Shown here piece after piece: positions 30,121 through 39,515 of a stretch of 64,000 nucleotides of DNA (the first letter of the stretch is position 1; each line of letters opens with the position of its first letter). The position numbers were made by a program, and so were the translations under genes. The stretch is from NCBI GenBank assembly GCA_002840535.1, contig PHBH01000026.1, positions 11,083 to 75,082 of the forward strand, written 5' to 3'. The notes beneath the pieces were generated by a model. That model had not been told where the DNA came from. It was given only the letters and a program-made list of their open reading frames with translations, and did no database searches. This DNA comes from Deltaproteobacteria bacterium HGW-Deltaproteobacteria-15 (GTDB lineage: Bacteria > Desulfobacterota > DSM-4660 > Desulfatiglandales > HGW-15).

Positions 30121-31620
30121 ATGAAAGAGCAGAACCACCCGAATAAATCGATTTGCATTCCCAGACCAGGAGACACCATTACCGGGAGAAGGGCGCATGA
30201 AGATTACGACGTGAGCTACCCGCAGATACGGGAGGCTATACGTGACGGTAAATTGCACGCCACTAAGAATGGAATGGAGGTCATCGATATACTTGGGAAC
30301 CCTTCAACTCCGGAAGAGCGGCTTGAAGCCGAAAGAAAACACGCAATTTACCAGATTGCGAAAGCGCGCGGTCAAAGCGGGGACCCGAGAGTGCCTCATG
30401 GTAAGTATGGAATCAACCTGAGTACCCCCGTTGCTGAGCTTCTGCCGGATGAATGGAACGAAATTGAGAAGGAGATTGCCAGCGTTGATCTCTCAATGGA
30501 AGAAGTGAGAAAGTGGGTTGCGAGAGATCGGCCGATTTCGAAATCTACAGGAGCTTCCAACTTGGGGTGGGGTTCGGGACCAGAGACGTCTTACCCGAGT
30601 TTCGAAGAAAGGCTAGAGAAGGCCTTTCACTGGTATGAAGGGGAACTAAACGCACAGCCCGACCAAGAGGAAGAGAGAAAGCTGCGGTACGAGAACAGCA
30701 ATCGAGTCAGGTTGGCACTCAAAAACGAATACCTCTCCCTGGGGGACCTCGCGTACATACTCGCCGAGGAAATATCCGAAGAACTTCTCAGTCGGCGGTG
30801 GAAAGAAATCCGTTTTCTCGGTGGGGACCTGTTTGCCAAACTCCCTCTCCCGTTAGGCATTGCCCACAACAGGTTCCTCATATGGGGCTGCATCCTAGAA
30901 AAGGCGTGCCAAGGAATTGTTCAGGATGGCAGCCGCTTACCTTTGTACAAGAAGGCCAATGGCTCTGATGAGCTCGTGAAATGCGTGTATGAGGAAATGC
31001 GAGATACATCTCTTGTCAAACTGGCCGACGTCGAGGAGTACTTCACTTCCCATAACCTGCCTCGGCCGGAAAGCTTGTTCCCGGACGAAAATCGGAAAGA
31101 ACTGGAGGAGACCAGGAAACACCATCCGTCTGCGTTGCCTGCCGGCGAGATTCCGAAAAAAGAGATCCTCGCTTGTGCCGCTGGAACACTCTGGAGTAGC
31201 GTCAAGATCACGGCCACGAGTAATGGGGCGGTGAAGATAGAGACTTTAAAGGGAAGGGCGCGGTTCACGTATGGTGAATTAGGATTTGCAGACGGAAAGA
31301 ATCCGGACAAGCCTACAAGGCCGTGGTTCGTTCTCTTGGATTTCTGCAGGAACGGCGGGACTGTCACTCTCAAGGGAAAGGACGGTGCTTATTACAAACA
31401 GGTAAGCGACCTAAACAAAAAACTTCAGAGCCTATTTGGCCTCAACTCATCTTTCCTCAAGGGCGGGAAATACAAGAGCCGCAAGGGATATATATCGGAG
31501 ATCCTCTTCTCAGACCTGAGGGACTCAGACGCATTAAAGAGATCGGCTACGCCAGATGATGACCTCATTGAGTACATGGTCGATGAAATGAGCAGGGGGG
31601 AACGCAAAGGCCCCTGCTGA
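30121..31620 (+). CDS. large hypothetical protein
   Basis: 500 aa from the ATG after GGGAG (the ORF track starts at GTG 30070). No motif recognised. Confidence 0.55.
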   Translation: MKEQNHPNKSICIPRPGDTITGRRAHEDYDVSYPQIREAIRDGKLHATKNGMEVIDILGNPSTPEERLEAERKHAIYQIAKARGQSGDPRVPHGKYGINLSTPVAELLPDEWNEIEKEIASVDLSMEEVRKWVARDRPISKSTGASNLGWGSGPETSYPSFEERLEKAFHWYEGELNAQPDQEEERKLRYENSNRVRLALKNEYLSLGDLAYILAEEISEELLSRRWKEIRFLGGDLFAKLPLPLGIAHNRFLIWGCILEKACQGIVQDGSRLPLYKKANGSDELVKCVYEEMRDTSLVKLADVEEYFTSHNLPRPESLFPDENRKELEETRKHHPSALPAGEIPKKEILACAAGTLWSSVKITATSNGAVKIETLKGRARFTYGELGFADGKNPDKPTRPWFVLLDFCRNGGTVTLKGKDGAYYKQVSDLNKKLQSLFGLNSSFLKGGKYKSRKGYISEILFSDLRDSDALKRSATPDDDLIEYMVDEMSRGERKGPC

Positions 31621-31761
31621 AACTTCATCATTTCAAGAAGTACTCCCTGCATTTTTTCTCTTCCTGATTCCAACACCATACTTTCATTCACTCCTGAAAA
31701 ATTGCGATCATCCTGAAATTTCACCAATGAAGGGTAAAAACCCAAAGGAGGGAAATTCAGG

Positions 31762-31983
31762 ATGAGCGAAGTTGAAAAGGGGCGAGCCATTAAGGACAGT
31801 GCTCCACTTTTAACCGTGGGACAGATGGCTGCAGTACTTCAAGTGCCGCGTTCATGGCTTTACGGCAAGACAAGATTTCGGGGGCCTGGGAGCATTCCGA
31901 GGGTTCAGGTTGGAAAGTACGTTCGATTCAACCCTCATGCTGTGATGCAGTGGTTGAAGGGTCAGCAGGAGTGCGCGGAATGA
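31762..31983 (+). CDS. AlpA/excisionase-family HTH protein
   Basis: LLTVGQMAAVLQVPRSWLYGKT...IPRVQVGKYVRFNPHAVMQWL matches the HTH_17/AlpA pattern. AAGGAGG before the ATG. Confidence 0.7.
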   Translation: MSEVEKGRAIKDSAPLLTVGQMAAVLQVPRSWLYGKTRFRGPGSIPRVQVGKYVRFNPHAVMQWLKGQQECAE

Positions 31984-32297
31984 TCAGGACCGACCAGAAC
32001 AGACTGAAAGCAACCCTGACCTTCACCCCTGGTGGTGAGTTCGATGACGCCTTCCTCATTGCCGGGAACGAGCGGGAGGATGCGATACTCTGGGAAGCCA
32101 TAGGTCCAGCATTAAGAGCTCTCGAGCGGCGCCGTTTACTCCAGGATCAGGCGCGCCACCGCCTGCGCGAATTGAAAGCACGAATTTCAGCGGATTGCTC
32201 GCGCCCTTCTGCCATGGGCTGGGCTCCTTACCTTTCCCGTACTCTAAACGCCTTTCCAGGTTTCTCGATCGACATAACGGAGGCAGAGCAGGAATGA
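31980..32297 (+). CDS. hypothetical protein
   Basis: The ATG overlaps the previous stop (ATGA). 105 aa. Confidence 0.4.
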   Translation: MIRTDQNRLKATLTFTPGGEFDDAFLIAGNEREDAILWEAIGPALRALERRRLLQDQARHRLRELKARISADCSRPSAMGWAPYLSRTLNAFPGFSIDITEAEQE

Positions 32298-32491
32298 GCA
32301 AGACCTTCACTCTAAACCGGAGATTCAGAAGAAAGTATGACCGGATCTTCCGGGAGAGTCCGGAGGCGGCCAACCTATTCTTGCTCTTGGCCGAACTCGC
32401 CGACGAAAGGGGCCAAGTCAAAACCGATCCGACCGAACTCGCTGAACTCATGGCGCAACGGTTCGAAGACCCGCGGAGGTATGCTCTATGA
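32294..32491 (+). CDS. small hypothetical protein
   Basis: The ATG overlaps the previous stop. 65 aa. Confidence 0.4.
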   Translation: MSKTFTLNRRFRRKYDRIFRESPEAANLFLLLAELADERGQVKTDPTELAELMAQRFEDPRRYAL

Positions 32492-33261
32492 ATCGCGGGT
32501 ACATCCGGCTTTGGCGAAAGACCCTGGACAGCGGATTATTGCAGCAGCATAAAGTTTGGGTTCTCTTCTGTTACTGCCTTCTGAAAGCCACATACAAAAG
32601 CCGGAAGGTGATCCACGGGGGCCGGGAGATCCTTCTGGAGCCCGGGCAATTCATCTTTGGAAGGCGCATAGCTTCTGAAGAAACGGGGCTTACAGAGCGC
32701 GAGATCCGCACTGCTCTTGCTTCTCTGATAAAGCTCGGAATTCTGACCAACAAATCGACCAACAAATTTTCGATAATTACCATTGTAAATTGGAGCATTT
32801 ACCAAGCACCGGAAGACGACAACGACCAGCAAATCGACCAGCAAGCGACCAGCAAGCGACCACAGACAAGAAGTAAAGAAGGTAAGAATAAAGGAACCCC
32901 CGAAGAATTTTCGGGACTCTTTGCTTCTCTTCTCTCCCGATTTTCTGATCAGGAAATCATTCAACAAGCCTTTGAATCCATAGCATCGACCAGAAAGGGA
33001 AACCGAATCGCCGACACCGTAAAGCTATCAATCCTTCAGGCATGGGAACGATACACGGTTGAACAGGTACAGGGCGGGATCCGCGTTTACCTGGACAAGG
33101 GGTATGCAGAGCAGGGGAAAGCTGAAAAGTACCTCTTGGGAATCATCCGAAATCAGAACGGCCAGGAACCGAAGGGCCTGGGGGAAGGATTCAAGTCAAC
33201 AGGAAGTGCCCTTCTGGACGACGCCATGAGAAACCCGGAGAAATACAGGCCAGAAATATGA
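32488..33261 (+). CDS. replisome-organizer / replication-initiator-like winged-helix protein
   Basis: N-terminal GYIRLWRKTLDS...LLEPGQFIFGRRIASEETGLTEREIRTALASLIKLGIL is typical of phage/plasmid replication wHTH proteins. Translationally coupled to the primase-helicase. Confidence 0.55.
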   Translation: MNRGYIRLWRKTLDSGLLQQHKVWVLFCYCLLKATYKSRKVIHGGREILLEPGQFIFGRRIASEETGLTEREIRTALASLIKLGILTNKSTNKFSIITIVNWSIYQAPEDDNDQQIDQQATSKRPQTRSKEGKNKGTPEEFSGLFASLLSRFSDQEIIQQAFESIASTRKGNRIADTVKLSILQAWERYTVEQVQGGIRVYLDKGYAEQGKAEKYLLGIIRNQNGQEPKGLGEGFKSTGSALLDDAMRNPEKYRPEI

Positions 33262-35015
33262 TGAGCGCAGCGGAATACATCCGAGACACAGGCTTTGAGC
33301 ACAAGGAACAAGGCGGCCAAATTGTCTTAAAGACCTGTCCATATTGCGGGGACCAGAAATCACATTTTTACATGGACCCCGAGGAAGGGGCTTTCTTCTG
33401 CCACAAGTGCAACGAGAGGGGAAACCTGATCACCCTTAAGAAGCACCTCGGGGACTTCGAATATTCCAGGCCAGAGAGCAGGACACGGAAGCCGGCAGGA
33501 AAACTCCAAGGACAGGTTTCAGCGGCATTTCCGGAGAACGAGAAGGCTTTCACCCTGCCCGATGAGAAAAAGGCCCTGCAGGCCCATGAGCGGCTGCTCA
33601 AGGACCCTGAAGCGCTGTCCTACGTGACAGAGGCGCGGGCGATCACTAGGGAAACCGCGATTCAATTCAAGCTGGGGCTCCAAGTCGACGGCACCGGCAG
33701 CCGATGGTTGACCATTCCCCATTATGAGAAGGGCAATCTGATAAACATCAAGAGCCGGTCCCTGCCACCCGCGGAGAAGGCCTTCAGGCGTGTAACCGGA
33801 GCCCGGTCCATTCTGTTCAATTCGGACTGCCTGCAGGAGAACACGGAAGAGGTATATATCGCCGAGGGCGAGCTTGACGCGATCACCCTCCATGATCGGG
33901 GAATCACGAACGTGGTTTCGGGAACGACAGGGGCCGGGGCTTTTGATCCTGCCTGGATCGATCAGCTTGCCAAGCTCAAGAGAATCATTCTCTGCTATGA
34001 CCCGGATGAGGCCGGCCAGAAGGGAGCACGCGAACTTGCAAGGCGTATCGGCTATGACCGATGCGTGAATGTGGTCCTTTCGGACAGCCAGGATGTGAAT
34101 GACTTCTTTGCATCGGGAAAGGATATTTTCGATTTTCAGGTAGTGGTGAACGAGGGGAAGAAGTTTGACGTTGCCGGAATCGTCTCGTTCAAGGAGGCCC
34201 TTCTGAATTACTGCAAGGAACTGGAGAGGGCCTACGAAGCAGAGGCAGGCATAAGAACCGGCTGGCCGTCCATTGACCGGATCATTAAGACTGGCTTCAT
34301 GCCGGGGGAATTGGTTGTCCTGTCCGCTCCTCCCAAGATCGGTAAGTCAACTTTTGCCCTTCAGGTGATCACGCATAATGCCCTTCAAGGTCTCCCTTCC
34401 CTGTTCTTCTGTCTCGAAATGAGGCCGCGGAAGGTTACGGAGAAAATCATTCAGTGTCAGACCCGAAAGCCGGGGGCCGGTGAAGAGATTGACAGAGCCT
34501 GGGAGATCCTGAAGGGAATGCCCCTGTACCTCGGGTTCTCTTTCCAGAAGCCCACCCTCGAGGGAATTATGGAGACACTGAAAGCGGCCGTGAGGAGGTA
34601 TGGGCTGAAACTGGTGTGCTTCGATCACCTTCATTTCCTCTGCCGATCGATCAACAACCAGGTTCAGGAAGTGGGGCTTGCGGTCCAAAGTTTCAAGTTT
34701 TTGGCGGAGGAGATGGAAGTCCCGATCATCCTGATTGCCCAACCTCGAAAGATTCAAGCCAATGAGATCATGACGGCGATGGACTTGAAGGATTCCTCTT
34801 CCATTTTCAGCGACTGTGATCATCTGATCATTCTCCATCGACAGAGGAAGGCCAGCAGGAGCCATGAAGTTGCAGGAGGCGCGCCTTTGCAGGACCAGGC
34901 GTTTGAACCTCAGACACTCGTGAGGGTCGAGGCCAGCAGGTACAATCCCGGGGGAGAAGCTCTGTTGTACTTCCATGGAGAGTACTCGAGGTTTGATGAG
35001 ATAGCGCGGAATTGA
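33258..35015 (+). CDS. bifunctional primase-helicase (T7 gp4/Twinkle-like)
   Basis: Zinc finger CPYCGD...FFCHKCNERGN. TOPRIM AEGELDAITL and CYDPDEAGQKGA. DnaB/RecA-type Walker A SAPPKIGKST and Walker B LVCFDHLH. Confidence 0.85.
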   Translation: MMSAAEYIRDTGFEHKEQGGQIVLKTCPYCGDQKSHFYMDPEEGAFFCHKCNERGNLITLKKHLGDFEYSRPESRTRKPAGKLQGQVSAAFPENEKAFTLPDEKKALQAHERLLKDPEALSYVTEARAITRETAIQFKLGLQVDGTGSRWLTIPHYEKGNLINIKSRSLPPAEKAFRRVTGARSILFNSDCLQENTEEVYIAEGELDAITLHDRGITNVVSGTTGAGAFDPAWIDQLAKLKRIILCYDPDEAGQKGARELARRIGYDRCVNVVLSDSQDVNDFFASGKDIFDFQVVVNEGKKFDVAGIVSFKEALLNYCKELERAYEAEAGIRTGWPSIDRIIKTGFMPGELVVLSAPPKIGKSTFALQVITHNALQGLPSLFFCLEMRPRKVTEKIIQCQTRKPGAGEEIDRAWEILKGMPLYLGFSFQKPTLEGIMETLKAAVRRYGLKLVCFDHLHFLCRSINNQVQEVGLAVQSFKFLAEEMEVPIILIAQPRKIQANEIMTAMDLKDSSSIFSDCDHLIILHRQRKASRSHEVAGGAPLQDQAFEPQTLVRVEASRYNPGGEALLYFHGEYSRFDEIARN

Positions 35016-35314
35016 AGGCGGATAATGTAACTGGAAATCGAGTTACACCATTTAAAATGAGGCAAGAAACCGACAACTTGAGCAGGGAGGACCGGATTGC
35101 ATATCCGGTACGTCTCCTGTCCCTGGAGGGGGCTTGTAAGTATCTCTCCTGCAGCGGGGACCTCCTGGAAGAGCTGATTGCACTCGGGGCATTCCCAGTG
35201 GTGCGCTTGGGGGCCGAACCAGGGAAGGGTGGGCGGGATCGGCGGAAACGATGGGTTGACCGGTTTGACTTGGACAGATTTATCGAAGGGAGAAAGGCAA
35301 GCATCGGAGGATGA
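35012..35314 (+). CDS. HTH (excisionase-like) DNA-binding protein
   Basis: LLSLEGACKYLSCSGDLLEELIALGAFPVVRLG...RFDLDRFI pattern. Overlaps the helicase stop. Confidence 0.5.
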   Translation: MKADNVTGNRVTPFKMRQETDNLSREDRIAYPVRLLSLEGACKYLSCSGDLLEELIALGAFPVVRLGAEPGKGGRDRRKRWVDRFDLDRFIEGRKASIGG

Positions 35315-35665
35315 GGGCAGAAGGCAGCAGATGGCAGGACACGGGGGAAGACTGAGCAGAGACAGCATTTGCCAGGGTGCCGTGAAGGCAGAGTACTGGC
35401 TGGCTTCACTGGTTTTCGCTGTTGCGGCTGGTCGGCGAGAAATGAAAAAATTCGAAATCCCGCAAAAACCACTTACCTTCGGAGCTCGTTTGTTGAGGCG
35501 TGTCCTAAGTATTTCGGGGGTTTATGGAGGCAGAAAAGGCACGAAGGAAAATTTCGCGGAACTATATGCGAATCTACACCTTGGAAGGGGTTCGATCAAG
35601 GGAAAATTCTCAAAGGATGTCACCTTGTCACTACGGCAGCCACCATCATTGAGGAGGTGTGTGAA

Positions 35666-36031
35666 GTGAAGCGCAATCGATTCAAGACACCGAAATCCGG
35701 CCTCAAGGAGGAGAATGATATCCTCAATAGGATAGAGCTCAAGACAGAGTGTAAACGTGAGTTGAAGCAATTGACCGCTCTTATGCGACTGACAGACTTC
35801 CCTACCAATGTCAAGATACAGAATAAGGCCTCGCTTATCGCCCGGGGAATCGTGATCAAGATGCGGGTACTAAAGACAGAGACGGGCGACGATAAGGTAC
35901 TTTTTGAGATGGCGACGGCAATCGTACGAGACTTTGGAACCATGTTTAACAGGAAGACCGTCAACCTACAGCCACCACAAAAACCAGAAGAAATTCTTCT
36001 GAATATGGTGGAGTCGGAGGGGCGAAGATGA
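35666..36031 (+). CDS. hypothetical protein
   Basis: GTG start 8 nt after GAGGAGG. 121 aa. Its stop overlaps the next start (ATGA). Confidence 0.4.
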   Translation: MKRNRFKTPKSGLKEENDILNRIELKTECKRELKQLTALMRLTDFPTNVKIQNKASLIARGIVIKMRVLKTETGDDKVLFEMATAIVRDFGTMFNRKTVNLQPPQKPEEILLNMVESEGRR

Positions 36032-36720
36032 ACTTTCTCCAATTGGTTCAAAGACTCCATTCGGAAGCGTGCTTACAGGGGACCAACGCTCCCACTAGCG
36101 TCGTAGATCAGTCAGGCATGAATGCCCGGCTTGTGAACTGGATCGGGACGGCTTACGAGGACGTCCAGCGTCTTCATGAAAGTTGGCTTTTCAGGGTTGG
36201 GGAGTTCAGTTTCTCCACTATTAACGGCACGCAGAACTACGAACCCACGGCAGTCAGCATTAATGATCTCGCCAACTGGAAGTATGACCCTGACCCGAAC
36301 AACCTCTCCGGCATTCGCCTCTACTCTTCTGAGACCGATGAAGAAGACCTGATCTATCTGCCCTGGGATGATTTCAGGGCAACGTACAAGTTCGGCTCCT
36401 TCCGATTTCAAACCACCAGACCCACCATTTTCAGCATCAAGCCCGACATGTCCATGGATCTCTGGGCTATCCCGGATGCCGTCTATACCGTCAACGGAGA
36501 GTACATCAAGACGGTCGACAGTCTGAGCGGCAATACCGACACTCCTATCATTCCAGCGGATCACCACATGGTCATCGTGTGGAAAGCCCTGATGTTCTAT
36601 GGCGCGTTCGAGGGAGCTCCTGAAGCGTATGCCCATGGGGAAAAAGAGTACCGGGATGCGGTGGCGAAACTCAAACTGAATCAACTCCCGCGCACGGTTT
36701 ATGGTTCACCATTGGTGTAG
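36028..36720 (+). CDS. phage-related hypothetical protein (possibly virion-associated)
   Basis: 230 aa. N-terminal RLVNWIGTAYEDVQRLHESWLF pattern is reminiscent of phage structural/adaptor proteins. Assignment is weak. Confidence 0.45.
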   Translation: MNFLQLVQRLHSEACLQGTNAPTSVVDQSGMNARLVNWIGTAYEDVQRLHESWLFRVGEFSFSTINGTQNYEPTAVSINDLANWKYDPDPNNLSGIRLYSSETDEEDLIYLPWDDFRATYKFGSFRFQTTRPTIFSIKPDMSMDLWAIPDAVYTVNGEYIKTVDSLSGNTDTPIIPADHHMVIVWKALMFYGAFEGAPEAYAHGEKEYRDAVAKLKLNQLPRTVYGSPLV

Positions 36721-36763
36721 GGATGGGGCCAAACGCGACCTCTCAGAGGTTCGCGAAAAAATA

Positions 36764-36835
36764 GTCCGCAGTGAAGTCCGCACCCCCAACGCGAGCGAAG
36801 TACGCAGTGAAGTACGCACCTCCAACGCGAGGCCA
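36764..36835. repeat. two tandem 36-bp iteron-like units
   Basis: GTCCGCAGTGAAGTCCGCACCCCCAACGCGAGCGAA followed by GTACGCAGTGAAGTACGCACCTCCAACGCGAGGCCA. Confidence 0.8.
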
Positions 36836-36915
36836 GGGTCGGGATGGCCGGGGGTATGCGTGAAAAGTCGAATCCTGGGCCGGTGCGAAAGTCCCTTCGG
36901 CATCGGCGGCCCGGG

Positions 36916-37167
36916 ATGGACCCAAAGCAGGCAATCACGATGCAGGTTGAAAAGTCACCAGTGAAAGCGCACAGGCTGAGATGCTACGAATGTCACGGAT
37001 GGTCCCCCGAGAGTAGGACGAACAAGCCTTGTCAGGCGATCCGCAACTGTCCCCGGACCCAGTGTGCGTCTTATCCCTTCCGGTTTGGAACGAACCCTTT
37101 CACTAAGCGCGGTCCAGGCGCTCGCGCAGATTACCGGAGAGAACTGGTTGAGAGCATCCTTTTTTGA
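36916..37167 (+). CDS. small Cys-rich protein (phage/plasmid-type)
   Basis: RLRCYECHGW...RNCPRTQCASYPFRFGTNPF resembles small Cys-rich proteins seen in prophages and ICEs. Start uncertain (36916 or 36940). No clear RBS. Confidence 0.35.
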   Translation: MDPKQAITMQVEKSPVKAHRLRCYECHGWSPESRTNKPCQAIRNCPRTQCASYPFRFGTNPFTKRGPGARADYRRELVESILF

Positions 37168-37447
37168 GGTGAAAAACCGCCCAAGAGAAGGGGTTCTTAT
37201 ATCCGATTTCTTGCGATCTCATGCAAACGCATACCGGACTATGGACCTTGCAAAAAACTCTCTTCTACGTCCCTGTTTTTGCGTTCTGCCACTTTTGATG
37301 ATGGACAATGCGATCGGCAAGGCACAGCCAATAGGGGAAAAGTGATCAAGGTGACTGATGAAGCATTTCCCCTGCTCGATGACGAGAGAGCTTTACATGC
37401 TGATCATCGCAGCCAAGGAGCAGGCTCAAAAGAGTGTGCTAAAAGAT

Positions 37448-37483
37448 AGTGCGCAGTGAGGTGCGCACCCCCAACGCGAGCGA
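37448..37483. repeat. third copy of the 36-bp iteron-like unit
   Basis: GTGCGCAGTGAGGTGCGCACCCCCAACGCGAGCGAA. Same AAAA(A/G)ATA left flank as unit 1. Confidence 0.8.
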
Positions 37484-37784
37484 AGAAGCTCTTTGACAAC
37501 TGAATCCGCGGTGAGCTAACGGCCGACCCGAACAGGCCGTAAGTATGGGCAGGCGGCATCATGAGGCGCCGAGACATCCCTGGGAGAACCAGGTAGGGAG
37601 CCCGTCCGGAAGTGGAGCAAATGGGCTTTAGCGTTCGGCAAGATTTTCCTAATTGGATGGTGTGTTGGGGGCATCTATCAGAAGTTTAGGGCTATTTCTT
37701 TCATAAGAAAACGGCATCGTTTTTGCTAATGGATTACTTCAAAAAGGTCGATTACAAATCAGACGCATATCTCAGGAGTGACAA

Positions 37785-37964
37785 ATGGAACCCATAAATG
37801 AATTGTACACCTACTATATTGACGACACGCAGAGTTTTTGTTCATCCGTGGAACTCTGCGATCCTATTCCTGAAATTCAGAGAATTACCACTGATGATCT
37901 TGGAAAGAGTTACTGCAAAACGGTTTTTGTCAACAATCGAAAAAATCACCTTGAGACTGCCTAG
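37785..37964 (+). CDS. small hypothetical protein (59 aa, below ORF-track cutoff)
   Basis: AGGAG 7 nt before the ATG. Its stop overlaps the protease gene's stop in a CTAG palindrome. Confidence 0.25.
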   Translation: MEPINELYTYYIDDTQSFCSSVELCDPIPEIQRITTDDLGKSYCKTVFVNNRKNHLETA

Positions 37965-38842
37965 GAATCAGGCGATACTTTGAAACGGATATTGTGTTGC
38001 GTCAGAAAACTGACAATCTCCTCAACGTGAGTTCCGAGGCCTACGTTTATAAATTGATGCTCCTCAACTTCTTTATCCCCGCGTTTCACTTTCGGACTGA
38101 ATCCAAGCGGTAAGTGCTTTGTTCTACTCTGAAGCGCCCAAATATTGCCTTCAGCATCAAAAATGGGTCCGCCACTTTGTCCTCGCAAGCCAGGGCTTGA
38201 TGTCTCCAGAAATTTGGCCTCTTTTCCCGATTTCTCGTCTCTGAGAACAGCGTTCCTTGTGTAGATGCCATCGATAGGAAATCTGGGGAAGGGAAGTGAG
38301 CCTGGAGCCAACTGAAAACGATCAGTCGCTCCATCATAAGACGCTTCAATCTTGTGAAAAGGGAAGCCTAACCTACAGAGAGAAGTCCCCGTTAGAAGTT
38401 CATTCTTTGGGTTCATAAATACGGGGTAGGCAGTAACTGATTTGCTGTCAAAAGGCTCAAGCCTTCCAGCTGCAAGATCCTTAAAGTTATCATGGACAAA
38501 AACCCTGATCGTAGCCCTATCAGTAGCCCACCAATACGAACAATTGGTGATCCACTTTTCGTTGAAGGTAAGCTTTCGCAAAAGTCTCTTTCTCTCTTTA
38601 CTATTCAGATTAGCCTGTTGTTCGATTTCAGTTTTTCTATTTTCATAATCTGAAACTGCCTTTTGATGCGCATTGGCAGCTGTTAAGACTCCAAGGATGT
38701 GCGCAGAAGTCAAGATCCAACCCTCTTCGTTAAGGATAATAAAGGTCCCTACGGAACATTCGACATTCCCATTAAAAGACCTACAAGAAACCACCACTGG
38801 ATGTGTGTACCTAGATACTTTTTCCAATGCCGCTGAAAACAT
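37961..38842 (-). CDS. trypsin-like serine protease, no signal peptide
   Basis: Triad context TSAHIL (His), DLAAGRL (Asp) and GQSGGPIF (Ser). Start trimmed to the ATG 8 nt after GGAGG. Confidence 0.75.
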   Translation of the reverse strand: MFSAALEKVSRYTHPVVVSCRSFNGNVECSVGTFIILNEEGWILTSAHILGVLTAANAHQKAVSDYENRKTEIEQQANLNSKERKRLLRKLTFNEKWITNCSYWWATDRATIRVFVHDNFKDLAAGRLEPFDSKSVTAYPVFMNPKNELLTGTSLCRLGFPFHKIEASYDGATDRFQLAPGSLPFPRFPIDGIYTRNAVLRDEKSGKEAKFLETSSPGLRGQSGGPIFDAEGNIWALQSRTKHLPLGFSPKVKRGDKEVEEHQFINVGLGTHVEEIVSFLTQHNIRFKVSPDS

Positions 38843-38889
38843 TGTCCCTACCTCCAAGCTAAGGATTTGGTCTTTTGTCTAATAAGGGA

Positions 38890-39129
38890 TACTTCTTCAC
38901 TCCCTCGGACTCACATACCTGCTTCCCACTTTTCCCCCGTTTTGATTGCCTCCTCCGGGCTCTTGAATTTGACCAGGTTGTCCGGGTTGATTTCCTGAGC
39001 CCATCTGCAGGAAGGGGGTATGAAACTTATCCGACTTCTTGGAAGCCCAGAATTCAGCACTCAGGGCAAAGGCTGTGAAGAGAGAAGGATGGTCAAGGCG
39101 GACACGAGTATCTGAAAGCGTCTTTTCAT
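38890..39129 (-). pseudogene. frameshifted small secreted protein gene ending in a thermonuclease-tail-like segment
   Basis: GGAGG plus ATG at 39129 opens MKRRFQILVSALTILL... but stops after 22 codons. Other frames continue with SKKSDKFHTPSCRWAQEINPDNLVKFKSPEEAIKTG and GSRYVSPRE. At least one frameshift relative to the start. Confidence 0.35.
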
Positions 39130-39197
39130 GGGGACCTCCGGGGGAAGGAGTTGCTCAAAGCGTCTTTGCTGTCTAACAGGGAGGATCCTGATGTGAC

Positions 39198-39515
39198 TCA
39201 GTCATCCAGCAGGAAGCTTCTGTAAGAAGATCCCCTCCTTCGTTCATATGGGCTCGGATTCGTCGGGTACAGTTCTCTCGGGCTGTTGCTGTATGGTGTG
39301 AAACTGCCCCTGTTTGGATTGTAGTTGCCGGGGTAACTGTAATTGTCGGTCCTGGAGCTGTTGGGGGAAGTCCGTTGGTACGGCTGAACGTAGGTGTCCT
39401 TTACTCCATCCCCGTCAGTGTCCCGATAGTGGCCTCTTACGTTGACTTGGGCCAAGGTTGTGAGGGGGATTAGGAGCAGGATTGTAAGGATGGCGGCGAG
39501 AATGATCTTCTTCAT
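39198..39515 (-). CDS. small secreted Pro/Asn/Tyr-rich protein
   Basis: AAGGAG before the ATG. MKKIILAAILTILLLIPLTTLA signal peptide. Confidence 0.5.
   Translation of the reverse strand: MKKIILAAILTILLLIPLTTLAQVNVRGHYRDTDGDGVKDTYVQPYQRTSPNSSRTDNYSYPGNYNPNRGSFTPYSNSPRELYPTNPSPYERRRGSSYRSFLLDD

Noticed and set aside
36701-36964. Several overlapping ORFs on both strands across the 36-bp repeats.
   Set aside because: The ORFs are generated by the repeat sequence itself. The third repeat copy contains stops in the corresponding frame. No RBS.
36764-37483. CRISPR array.
   Set aside because: There are only two adjacent units with no spacer between them, plus one distant copy. There are no cas genes. 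No other regularly spaced repeats were seen in the window.
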